54,968 nucleotides of DNA, taken from the NCBI GenBank assembly GCA_007376285.1, contig VMFZ01000007.1:1-54968 (forward strand). The letters run 5' to 3'. Of this stretch, positions 18,663 through 27,076 are shown in pieces. This DNA comes from Parcubacteria group bacterium Gr01-1014_17 (GTDB lineage: Bacteria > Patescibacteriota > Minisyncoccia > Phycocordibacterales > UBA10002). The notes under the pieces are model-generated. The model saw only the letters and a list, made by a program, of their open reading frames with translations, was not told the DNA's origin and did not search any database. The translations under genes and the position numbers were made by a program. Within the stretch, counting starts at the first letter, position 1, and the number at the start of each line of letters is the position of its first letter.

Positions 18663-19604
18663 TCATTTGAGTGGATGGAACTGTCGATGTGTTTTCTCAG
18701 CATAGCGGTCAGAGGCGTGCACATATCGCGTAGTCGTATGGAGCGACTCGTGGCCGAGGAGAATCTGGAGCGCGGCGGGGTTAGCGCCTTGCTCCGCCGA
18801 ATAGGTCGCAAACCCGTGCCGCAGGGAATGTGCGGAGGTTGGTATGTTGATGCCAAGCAGTTCTCTGTATTCTTTTATTTTCATTTGCAGATAATTTGCA
18901 GAAATACGAGCCTTTGTGTCGTCCGCGTTTTTTCCGCGATAGGGAATGAAGAGTGCCTGGTTTCCGTCGGCGCGCGTCTTCAGGTACTCCTTTATATGTT
19001 TCTGTGCGCGCTCCGTGAGATATACAAATCGTTCTTTCTTGCCCTTTCCACGGATAAATATTTTGCCCGATGCGTCAAGACGGTTGCGGTCGAGCGACAA
19101 TAGCTCCGAGATGCGCATACCGGTGGAAAAAAGCGTCTCCAACATTGTGCGGTTGCGTAGCGCGATGTTTTTATTGCGCTCAAACTTGGTCGGCGATTCA
19201 ATGAGGCGCACAAGTGCTTCAAACTCCGCAACGCGCGCATGCGTCCGCGGCATCTTGAGAAGCTTCAGTGCCTCCGGCGCAACTGGCGCATTGTAATCCA
19301 TATCAATAAGGTATGTGAGGTATCGCCGTACGCTAGAGAGTGCGCGATTCACCGAGCCGGCGGAGAGGCGCTTTTTAGAGTTGCGCGCGGCGGCGGTTTT
19401 GCGGTCGCGCGACACCAGATACGCTTTATATTGTTCCAGCGATTGTTTTTTTATTTTCTCAAAAGAAATTTTTAATTCGCGCGAAAGAAAGTCTGCAAAG
19501 GTTTTCAAGTCGCGCTCGTAATTGTAGAGCGTCTCGGGGGAGTAGTTGTTCGTTTGTATGAACAACAAAAATTCATCCGAATGGGGAAGGGACTGTTCTG
19601 TCAT
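18663..19604 (-). CDS. XerC/XerD-family tyrosine recombinase
   Basis: TGMRISEL, GKGKKER, HSLRH, LLGH, TTRY. Start could be 19604 or 19613. Confidence 0.92.
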   Translation of the reverse strand: MTEQSLPHSDEFLLFIQTNNYSPETLYNYERDLKTFADFLSRELKISFEKIKKQSLEQYKAYLVSRDRKTAAARNSKKRLSAGSVNRALSSVRRYLTYLIDMDYNAPVAPEALKLLKMPRTHARVAEFEALVRLIESPTKFERNKNIALRNRTMLETLFSTGMRISELLSLDRNRLDASGKIFIRGKGKKERFVYLTERAQKHIKEYLKTRADGNQALFIPYRGKNADDTKARISANYLQMKIKEYRELLGINIPTSAHSLRHGFATYSAEQGANPAALQILLGHESLHTTTRYVHASDRYAEKTHRQFHPLK

Positions 19605-19616
19605 AAAATACATTCT

Positions 19617-19657
19617 CTACTACTCAGTCCATTGCGCAGCAATGTACTGAGTAGTAG
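19617..19657. repeat. Palindrome immediately upstream of the xer gene
   Basis: ctactactcagt/actgagtagtag arms with an inner cattgc/gcaatg stem. Confidence 0.6.
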
Positions 19658-19700
19658 GGATATTATACTCATATTATAAAATCCCCGCCAGACCCACACA

Positions 19701-19737
19701 AACACCCGATGTTGATAGGCGGCAAACATCGGGTGTT
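19701..19737. repeat. Palindromic repeat family B
   Basis: aacacccgatgttgataggcggcaaacatcgggtgtt. Confidence 0.9.
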
Positions 19738-19742
19738 GTACC

Positions 19743-19940
19743 CTACTGCGCCGGCAGAATGTTTTTCACCGCGTTCCAAAGCTTTACCACAAGCCCCCAC
19801 GCATACGCTAAGTTGTCTCGTACTGATGGTGAACTTATAATGTCGCGCAGGTTGTATCCAAGATAGCCCAACACGACAAGCGCAATAACAATAAGAAGCA
19901 CCGCTTTTACCACTCCCCTATTTTCGTTTATTTTTTTCAT
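19743..19940 (-). CDS. 65-aa membrane protein with a prepilin-like N-terminus
   Basis: MKKINENRG followed by a hydrophobic helix and an amphipathic helix. Confidence 0.7.
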   Translation of the reverse strand: MKKINENRGVVKAVLLIVIALVVLGYLGYNLRDIISSPSVRDNLAYAWGLVVKLWNAVKNILPAQ

Positions 19941-19950
19941 ATATTAAAAA

Positions 19951-21243
19951 TCAAAACGAGCATACAAGTCGCGGACCTTCAAGAAGTTTTCTATATTTTT
20001 CTTTTTTCTCTGGAGAATAGAAATCAGGCCAGCAAACCGAATAGCGGTGCATGGCGTAGGAACCCTGTGCCGCGAGTTTGCCCTCTTCATTCATATTGTA
20101 AAGTCCGAAGTCCCAGTTCCCCGCCTGCGGCGTACCGGAGGTATAGCCAATGAGTTCTCCCGCCGCAAACTCAATAGTTTTTGTGGCAGGCGCGGTGCGG
20201 CTGTCGGCGATTTTCGGGGTTGCCGTAAATAATTCGTCTGTGAGCGAAGGAATAAGCTCGTCGGCGTGGTCAAACTTAAACTGGTAGCCGCAGCCCTCTT
20301 TCACGCGGAAAAACAAGAGATATTGAGCTGGGCTTTCGGGCGAGTCCTTCGTATAGGAACCGGAGTCATAGATACTCGCAATCGGCGCGTAAAGCGGCAT
20401 TCTCGCATGGACGGTATTGATGAATGAGTGTCCCTTCGGTCCTTCGTGCGACGGAGAACCAGGAGCCGTAATACTCTGAATCTTGGAAAAATCCGTGATG
20501 TCTGCGGTCAGCACGGGAGGCGCGGCTTCCGCGCATGCCTTCTTGGCGGCTACTTTTGCCGCGTCATTCTCCGCGGCTTTCGCCGCACGAGCAGCGTCCT
20601 CAATGTGGGGACTCAAGGCACGCACAATTTTGCGTAATCGTTCTATTTCGCTTTTTGCATACCCACCTGTCTCAAAAGAAACCAGGTCCCGAAGTACGCG
20701 GTCAGAATGTTGTTCTGGGAACATGGATCGGCTTTTCTGCGCTTCTTCAATCTCTCCTTTGACAGCGAGAAACTCATACTTACCTATCCCACTAGATTCA
20801 GAGGGTATTTTAGAATTTGCCGCATCAGTAATATGCGGACTTAAGCTTTGCACGATTTTTCGCAATCGTTCAATGTCAGCTTTTGCATAATTACCCGTCT
20901 CAAAGGCGGCAAGGTCGCGGAGAATACGATTTGAGTGCTCTTCTCCAAAACGAATTTCCCTCTTCTGTGCATCTTCAATTTCCTGCACCACTGCAGGCCA
21001 TGCGGAAGATGATTGCGTTTTTGATTGCATCTTTCTCGCAGGCGTTTTTTTCTTTGCTTCTTTTCTTGTAAAAGCTTTTTTGGTTGAAGAGGCGCGCGCC
21101 ACCGCCGCGCTTTCAGACGCGCTCCCCTCTCCTTGTGTGTTCGGTGGCGACCCGACTATCGCGCTTCCGAGCGCGAGCACCACAATCGCCAGTACCAAAA
21201 GCGCCGCAGGCGCAAATCCCCTATTTTCATTTATTTTTTTCAT
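19951..21243 (-). CDS. Exported protein with a prepilin-like leader, two ~60-aa repeats and a degenerate M23/LytM-like C-domain
   Basis: MKKINENRG-FAPAALL; repeat EIEdAQK..HS.R.LRDL..FETG.YAK..IERLRKIV..LSPHI occurs twice; KGHSF, FDHA, AGELIGYT. Confidence 0.7.
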   Translation of the reverse strand: MKKINENRGFAPAALLVLAIVVLALGSAIVGSPPNTQGEGSASESAAVARASSTKKAFTRKEAKKKTPARKMQSKTQSSSAWPAVVQEIEDAQKREIRFGEEHSNRILRDLAAFETGNYAKADIERLRKIVQSLSPHITDAANSKIPSESSGIGKYEFLAVKGEIEEAQKSRSMFPEQHSDRVLRDLVSFETGGYAKSEIERLRKIVRALSPHIEDAARAAKAAENDAAKVAAKKACAEAAPPVLTADITDFSKIQSITAPGSPSHEGPKGHSFINTVHARMPLYAPIASIYDSGSYTKDSPESPAQYLLFFRVKEGCGYQFKFDHADELIPSLTDELFTATPKIADSRTAPATKTIEFAAGELIGYTSGTPQAGNWDFGLYNMNEEGKLAAQGSYAMHRYSVCWPDFYSPEKKEKYRKLLEGPRLVCSF

Positions 21244-22703
21244 TAGGGTATTCTAAAGTTTTTGAACTGCCACGGGTCTTCCATATCTAACTCCTCCGGA
21301 AACAAACCATCGCGCCCTTTAAGCGGCGTCCAATCACTATATTCATCGTACATTTTGCCCATATAGGGCTCAATGATCTTCATAACACATTCAAAATCAA
21401 TATCATCCGCCTCTACGACACCACTCTGCGGATTCTTGATAGCCCATACCATTGCCCCGAGTACGCCCGCGGTTACCTGAAGGCCAGTAGCATTTTGGTA
21501 GGGGGCGAGCTTCCGCGCTTCGTCAATCGTGAGTTGCGAGCCATACCAGTACGCTCCTTTTTTATGCCCCATAAGAAGGACGCCAAGCTCGTCCATACCG
21601 CTTACTATTTCATCCAAAAGTATTTTTTGTTCATCTTGTAACTGGCGATTCTTGCCAAAGGCCTCCTCAAGCGACAAAACCGCCGCGTCACATGGTCGGT
21701 AGGCATAGTGAACGGTGGGCCGATAGACAACCACATCCCCTTCCCTGTGCGTTAAGAATTCTGAAATTGATATAGATTCATTGTGGGTAACAAGACGGCC
21801 TAAAAAGTTTTTTTGGAGCGGTGTCCATGTTTGCACGAAAGTAATAGCCCCCGGTCGCTCCATATAAATGGGAGATTGTCTTTCCTCCGAATGTTTTTTT
21901 GCTTCTTTCGGCCAGTGCTTTTCGTGTGTCCCCCACCCAAGCTCTGATGGTTGTGTGACTCCTTCAGCATGAAAACCATACACGGACCATGTATTTTCAA
22001 AACAGCCGATTTTCTTCGGTTTATCTGATTTCTGCGTGTCGTATTCGGCAATGTGAATGGTCTTGATATCTAAATCTTTGGCAAGTTTTGCCCACTCCTC
22101 GCGACTTTTCGGCGTCTCCACTTCGTGACCGGTGTCTTTCGCGACATTAAGAAGCGCTCTCTTGAGAAAATGAGAGATAATCCCCGGATTCGCGCCATGC
22201 GCAATCACTGCGGTCGGACTAGGGTTTGTAGGATTTTTAAGAGCAAGAGCCGTTTCTCTCAATCCGAAATTGGAGCGTTGTGTAAAAGTAAGGGTTGGGT
22301 CAACATATCCGCCAGTCCAAGGTTCAATGCAGGTATCTATATAAAGTGTCCCTCTATCTTGACAGAATTTGATGAGATTTACTGAAGAAACATCCACCGA
22401 GAGATTTACTAAAAAGCCCTTTTCTCCAAGAAGTGGTTCAAGTACCTTATGATAATTCTGCGGGTTGAGGGGTTCTACAACAAAGTGTACCCCTTCTTTT
22501 TTAGCAATTTCTTTTCCGCGGTCGTCTCCCGTAACAATCGTAATGTCTTTCTTGTCTACGCCGATATGTCGCAAGATAAGCGGCAGGACTCCTTGTCCTA
22601 TACTTCCAAAACCAACGAGCACAATCTTTTCTGGAAATTGTACATGTATTTTTTCCGGATGCGAGGTTTTGGAATGCGTTGTTGTATGTTTAGTTTCTGA
22701 CAT
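21243..22703 (-). CDS. hss: Homospermidine synthase
   Basis: VGFGSIGQG Rossmann motif, LVNLSVDV, YIDTCIEPW, HGANPG, SELGWG, HNESISI, PTVHYAY, GMDELGVLL, NATGLQV. Confidence 0.93.
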   Translation of the reverse strand: MSETKHTTTHSKTSHPEKIHVQFPEKIVLVGFGSIGQGVLPLILRHIGVDKKDITIVTGDDRGKEIAKKEGVHFVVEPLNPQNYHKVLEPLLGEKGFLVNLSVDVSSVNLIKFCQDRGTLYIDTCIEPWTGGYVDPTLTFTQRSNFGLRETALALKNPTNPSPTAVIAHGANPGIISHFLKRALLNVAKDTGHEVETPKSREEWAKLAKDLDIKTIHIAEYDTQKSDKPKKIGCFENTWSVYGFHAEGVTQPSELGWGTHEKHWPKEAKKHSEERQSPIYMERPGAITFVQTWTPLQKNFLGRLVTHNESISISEFLTHREGDVVVYRPTVHYAYRPCDAAVLSLEEAFGKNRQLQDEQKILLDEIVSGMDELGVLLMGHKKGAYWYGSQLTIDEARKLAPYQNATGLQVTAGVLGAMVWAIKNPQSGVVEADDIDFECVMKIIEPYMGKMYDEYSDWTPLKGRDGLFPEELDMEDPWQFKNFRIP

Positions 22704-22888
22704 ATTCTAAAATAATACCGCATTCGTTCGTATGTGTACATCGTGTACATGTAGATATCCCCGTCGATATATATATTATTTTAATTAATACTAGAATTAT
22801 ACCATACTCAAAAGTTGTGTTATGCACAGTAAAGAGTATTCTTGCCGTTAGATTGTTCTTAGAAAACTTGCTACGGAAAGATCATCAT

Positions 22889-24253
22889 ATGGATAAAAAT
22901 ACTGTGTTTGCCAAACTTGCATCTCGTACTCCCCTTTTTGACATTATGCCGATGGTGGCGAGGAAACGCATCATGGGAACCGAAAGCGAATATGGCGTAC
23001 AAAATACACTGCTCGGTGATAATCCGATTATCGCCTACGACCGGCTTCCAGCAATGCTTCAAAACGGTGGAGAGGTGTATGAGGATAGAGGGCATGTTGA
23101 ATATGCAAGCCCTGAAACCGCAAACATCGTTGCCGCTGTTGCATATTACGAAGCGGGAAAAGTGATTTGTCACAGAGAGCGATACTCACCCGAATTATAT
23201 TGCAACAATAACGACTGGTATGACAATACTTTCGGCGCACATGAGAATTACTTCACCTGCGCACAGCGCGCTGTCTGGCCTCGTTTGATTCCGTTTCTCA
23301 TTGCTCGCACAGTACTCTGCGGCGCAGGATGGGTCAACGAAAAAAGTCGTTTTGAAATCTCACAACGAGCTCATACGATATGTCAAGCTCAACATCCAGA
23401 TACCACGACGAATCGTCCGGTCTTGAATCTGCGCCCTGAATCGCTTGCGCGCGTGAAAGGTTTTGACCGCCTTCATCTTATTTGCGGCGATGCAACTATG
23501 TCGGAGGTTTCAACTTTTCTCCGTCTCGGCACAACAAGTTGCATATTAGAGATGTTAGAGCTCAATGCATTACCAGAAATTACCTATAACGAAACATATG
23601 CGCCTGCTGATATAAAGATGATCTCAAATCGCGAATGGCACTTGCGCGGCGTGACGAGCGGACCGCGTAGCGTGTTGGCTCTGCTCGCGCTGTATCTTGA
23701 GCGTGCGATAGAGCTCTTCTCTCACCGAGATGAGGTTACAGACGCGCTCTTGATTATCTGGGAAGACACCCTGCATAAACTTGAGAGCGATCACCAGAAG
23801 CTCTGGCGGAGGTTGGATTGGGCCACCAAGCTCTTTCTGTTGAATACCTTTGACGCAGTGGTGAATGACTCAACTGGGGATTGGGCGCGTGCGCAAGATA
23901 TGGCGTATCATTCGCTTAATCCTAAGGAAGGTCTCTACTACTACTTAGCGCAACAGGGGGAGATGGAGCGAATCGTTAGCGATGAACTGATTGTTCATGC
24001 AATGTATGAACCGCCTTCAGATACGCGCGCGTACGCGCGCGGAAAGACCGTGCAGTTGCTTGAAGAGCGTGGAGGAGAGCGCGTGCTCTGCGCCAACAGT
24101 TGGGACCATCTCTCTATTATTGATGTAGCCGCTAGCGGGTACAATCGCGTGATAAGAACGCCAAACCCGCGTCGCTACCTATCAATTCCTATGCCTGACC
24201 CGCGCGAAACCTACACGCATCTCGTGGAGAAAGTAAGAAAAGAATTAAGTTAA
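22889..24253 (+). CDS. Pup ligase/deamidase (PafA/Dop) family protein
   Basis: RIMGTESEYG, NGG.VY.D..H.EYASPE, NND..TFGAHENY, PFL..R..LCGAG, SQRA, RP.LN, RLHLICGD, DW..K, PP.DTRAYARG. Confidence 0.9.
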   Translation: MDKNTVFAKLASRTPLFDIMPMVARKRIMGTESEYGVQNTLLGDNPIIAYDRLPAMLQNGGEVYEDRGHVEYASPETANIVAAVAYYEAGKVICHRERYSPELYCNNNDWYDNTFGAHENYFTCAQRAVWPRLIPFLIARTVLCGAGWVNEKSRFEISQRAHTICQAQHPDTTTNRPVLNLRPESLARVKGFDRLHLICGDATMSEVSTFLRLGTTSCILEMLELNALPEITYNETYAPADIKMISNREWHLRGVTSGPRSVLALLALYLERAIELFSHRDEVTDALLIIWEDTLHKLESDHQKLWRRLDWATKLFLLNTFDAVVNDSTGDWARAQDMAYHSLNPKEGLYYYLAQQGEMERIVSDELIVHAMYEPPSDTRAYARGKTVQLLEERGGERVLCANSWDHLSIIDVAASGYNRVIRTPNPRRYLSIPMPDPRETYTHLVEKVRKELS

Positions 24254-24257
24254 AATA

Positions 24258-24290
24258 ACACCCGATGTCTGCAATTTAGACATCGGGTGT
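24258..24290. repeat. Palindromic repeat family B, ctgcaatttag-loop variant
   Basis: Sits between two convergent stop codons; the same loop occurs at 41514-41548. Confidence 0.85.
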
Positions 24291-24293
24291 CTC

Positions 24294-26726
24294 TTATGGT
24301 AGCTGCACCGTACTCGTCGCCACATTCCCCTCAAAACTCACATTGATGGCTTTGACAATTATTGCTCCAACTGCGGCGGACAAACCGGTACTGTTGTGTA
24401 TGAACGACACATTCTCCAGTGAAATGGGAGAGGAGTCGTAGTTGAGTCCGATGTCCATATAGCGGATGGTAGTATTCAAGAAGTCAGAGGTCGCATTGGG
24501 TTTCAGGTAGATGCCGGAAGGGTTCAAGGCAATCGGAGTGGTAGAGCCAGTGCCGTGAACATCGCTTCCGTCAGAGTCGTCTGCCCAGTTGGTGAAGATG
24601 ACTGGGTTTGATGGAGTTCCTTGCGCTTCCAGTCGTCCATATACCTCTAGAGAATAGCGGTCGGTCTTCCACACGCTCCCCGCTTCAGCAATAAGACCTG
24701 CTCCTGTGGGTATGGTAATCGTACTCGGGATGATGTAGGGGAAGGAGGTGTTCTTGGAGAAGGTAGAGGTAGCTCCGGCAGAGAGGAGGTTGCCTGAAGA
24801 GAGACGGACACCGTTCCATTGACCGTTGCTTGAACCAGAGTTGTTCTGTATTCTCCCGCTTCCAGAGAGTCCGCCTCCCCAGGTGAAAGCTCCACTGGTG
24901 TTGTTCGTAAAGGTATTACTGCTAATCGTACCCCTCGTGTCCCAGAAGTTCATACCGTAGGAGTTGTCGGTGATAGTGTTGCTGGAGATGGCGGGCGCTC
25001 CACCGCTCCCATAGATGCCGTAGGAGGGAGTGTCGGTGGTATGATAACGAATAGTATTACTGCTGACGGTAGAGGACGCGGTGTCTAGGTAGATACCGTA
25101 TGTCTTGCCGTATTCAATTATGGAGTTGCTGATTGTGGGAGAGGAGTTCGTAATGTAGATGTTTGCCTTCTGTTCTCCTCCGGAGAATTTGCCTCCATAG
25201 CGCACGGTACCGTATGAGAGCGTACCGGTACTGCCCGCGAGATACTGGATGCCGTACCAATCACCTGCTTGTGGTGAGGTATTCGAACCATCTCTGTTGA
25301 AATCACCACCATATGTATCATCAAAGTAGCTGGTAAAGATTGAGGGAGAAGATGCAGTTCCTGATGTTGTGAGATTGCCGTTCACCTTGATGCCTGCGGT
25401 ACTGAGGAACTTGATTACCGCGCCGGATTGGAGCGATAGCGTAGCTCCGTTCGCTACGGTGAACCATGCGTTGTCCACGAAGTACGGACTGCCGGTAGCG
25501 GTAAGAGTGAGGGTGCCTGAGGTAAGGTCGCTTCCGTAGTTCACGAGATAGTTGGCGTAGTTTCTGGCTCTCGGGGTCCCACGAATACTTCCCCCTGCTT
25601 GGTCTGTTCCGTTTTTGATGTTGTTGCGGTCTCCTCTATTGGCTGCCCAGCCGTCACTGGTGAGTCCAGATACATCTGGTGCCTTGCGCTCCATAGAGAG
25701 ATAGTTGCCTCCTCCCCCAATGCCGCACCAGCCGCCGCATGCAGAAAAGTCTAATTCATCTATCGTAGAAGTCGCGGTTCCAGAAAAGTACGACAGGTAA
25801 AGATGCTCGCCAGACATATCTCCTAGTCCTGAACCAAAACTCGTCCACAAGTCAGCTGTTACATTGGCGATGGGTGATTCACTCGCTTCGTTTGTTTCTC
25901 CGCTGTTCTTCCGTTCAATTAGGTAATATACGCCTGATGCAATGCTGCCAGACAGCTGAATGTAGGGCGCGCCATCTGCTGAGTAGAGCGTCCAGCCAGA
26001 GAGAGACACGGTATTACTTGTTTTGTTGTAGAGTTCAATCCATTCATCCTCCGAACCCGTCGCAGGTATGTCAGAACCGTACCAATATATTTCGTTGAGC
26101 ACAATGTCTCCTGCAGATGGAACATACGGAGTTGGTGTGGGGGCGGGGGCTGGTGCTGGACTTGCACTAGTGCTGCTTGTGGTGAGCGAAGTCGAACCAC
26201 CTCCTCCTCCACCGCCTCCACCACGAAACCCGTCTGGACCGATTGGAATCGGAAACGGGTCGTAGATGGGGTTGGTGGTTGGTTGAGATGGAGTCGGGGC
26301 AGTAACAATGGTCGGTGGCGCGGGAACAGTAAGAGGAAGCTGGACTGGCGCCGCCGCCTTTGGCGGCGGCGCAATTGCTGTCTTTGTTTTTTGTGGTACA
26401 ACTGTTACTTGCTCTGATATTCCAACATTCCTAGGAATGTTGGAAGGTAGAGATACTGGCTCCGGAACGATATTTACAAGCGCAATCGCAGCCCCAGCGA
26501 AAGTGTTGTCTATGACAATAGGCGTACTCTCAAAAATACTTGCGAACGCGCTCATGATTTTTGCTGCCGCAATTCCCCTTCCTGTCTCAACAACATTCGT
26601 ATTATGAATCTTCTCCACCTGCGTCTCCGTCTTATCTTGCTTCACAAAATATATCGCGAGCCCCACCACCAGTGCAATAAACGCAACCAGCACCACTCCC
26701 ACGCCCCACTTTAGTATTTTCAGCAT
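24294..26726 (-). CDS. Membrane-anchored surface protein: Pro/Gly linker, lamin-tail domain, right-handed beta-helix
   Basis: N-terminal TM; IVLNEIYW..DEWIELYNKT..VSLSGWTL (LTD); GDWYGI and ISNSII/ISSNTI repeats. Confidence 0.8.
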   Translation of the reverse strand: MLKILKWGVGVVLVAFIALVVGLAIYFVKQDKTETQVEKIHNTNVVETGRGIAAAKIMSAFASIFESTPIVIDNTFAGAAIALVNIVPEPVSLPSNIPRNVGISEQVTVVPQKTKTAIAPPPKAAAPVQLPLTVPAPPTIVTAPTPSQPTTNPIYDPFPIPIGPDGFRGGGGGGGGGSTSLTTSSTSASPAPAPAPTPTPYVPSAGDIVLNEIYWYGSDIPATGSEDEWIELYNKTSNTVSLSGWTLYSADGAPYIQLSGSIASGVYYLIERKNSGETNEASESPIANVTADLWTSFGSGLGDMSGEHLYLSYFSGTATSTIDELDFSACGGWCGIGGGGNYLSMERKAPDVSGLTSDGWAANRGDRNNIKNGTDQAGGSIRGTPRARNYANYLVNYGSDLTSGTLTLTATGSPYFVDNAWFTVANGATLSLQSGAVIKFLSTAGIKVNGNLTTSGTASSPSIFTSYFDDTYGGDFNRDGSNTSPQAGDWYGIQYLAGSTGTLSYGTVRYGGKFSGGEQKANIYITNSSPTISNSIIEYGKTYGIYLDTASSTVSSNTIRYHTTDTPSYGIYGSGGAPAISSNTITDNSYGMNFWDTRGTISSNTFTNNTSGAFTWGGGLSGSGRIQNNSGSSNGQWNGVRLSSGNLLSAGATSTFSKNTSFPYIIPSTITIPTGAGLIAEAGSVWKTDRYSLEVYGRLEAQGTPSNPVIFTNWADDSDGSDVHGTGSTTPIALNPSGIYLKPNATSDFLNTTIRYMDIGLNYDSSPISLENVSFIHNSTGLSAAVGAIIVKAINVSFEGNVATSTVQLP

Positions 26727-26840
26727 AGGAGGTTATTATTTAACACTTTTTCCTCAACGCAAAATCATTTATCCACTTTTTTATTTTGACAAACAAAAAC
26801 AGCTCCGACTCTTATATGCTTATTCGCGCGAATTAGACGA

Positions 26841-26869
26841 TTGACATGACATAAAGATAAGTGTAGTGT
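26841..26869 (+). promoter_or_regulatory. Sigma70-type promoter
   Basis: TTGACA-17 nt-TAGTGT. Confidence 0.5.
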
Positions 26870-26896
26870 AAAACACGGATAAGAACAAATTCAACA

Positions 26897-27037
26897 GTGA
26901 AAAGATTTCTGGCTACCGCGCCAGAATTCGGGCTAAAATTTGTGATTTTCCGGAAGGAAGGTCCGCATGGGCCGATTCGTCCGTGGAAATTTGAAAAGCC
27001 CCAGCGTCAAAGCAGACAGCATAAAACCGCTATCTGA
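26897..27037 (+). CDS. Putative 46-aa basic small ORF (GTG start)
   Basis: VKRFLATAPEFGLKFVIFRKEGPHGPIRPWKFEKPQRQSRQHKTAI, between a promoter and a terminator. Confidence 0.4.
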   Translation: MKRFLATAPEFGLKFVIFRKEGPHGPIRPWKFEKPQRQSRQHKTAI

Positions 27038-27044
27038 AAAGAAA

Positions 27045-27072
27045 AACCCCTCTGACTACGGCCAGAGGGGTT
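27045..27072. terminator. Bidirectional-looking terminator
   Basis: aacccctctg/cagaggggtt stem with an A-tract on the left and Ts on the right. Confidence 0.7.
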
Positions 27073-27076
27073 GTTA

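Noticed and set aside
18522-19103. Antisense and shadow ORFs of 60-250 aa over core genes
   Set aside because: They overlap well-supported genes and lack motifs or start signals.
18663-19613. Tyrosine recombinase as a prophage or integron integrase
   Set aside because: Size and motifs fit housekeeping XerC/D; no phage genes, att pair, attC array or IntI patch was seen.
19743-24293. A Pup/UBact gene next to the PafA homolog
   Set aside because: No nearby small ORF ends in GG[EQ] or a similar motif; the 65-aa ORF is a membrane peptide ending LPAQ.
26140-26230. Poly-Gly and Pro-Ala codon runs as a phase-variable tract
   Set aside because: Codons are mixed (ggt/gga/ggc), so this is a protein linker rather than a slippage-prone simple repeat.
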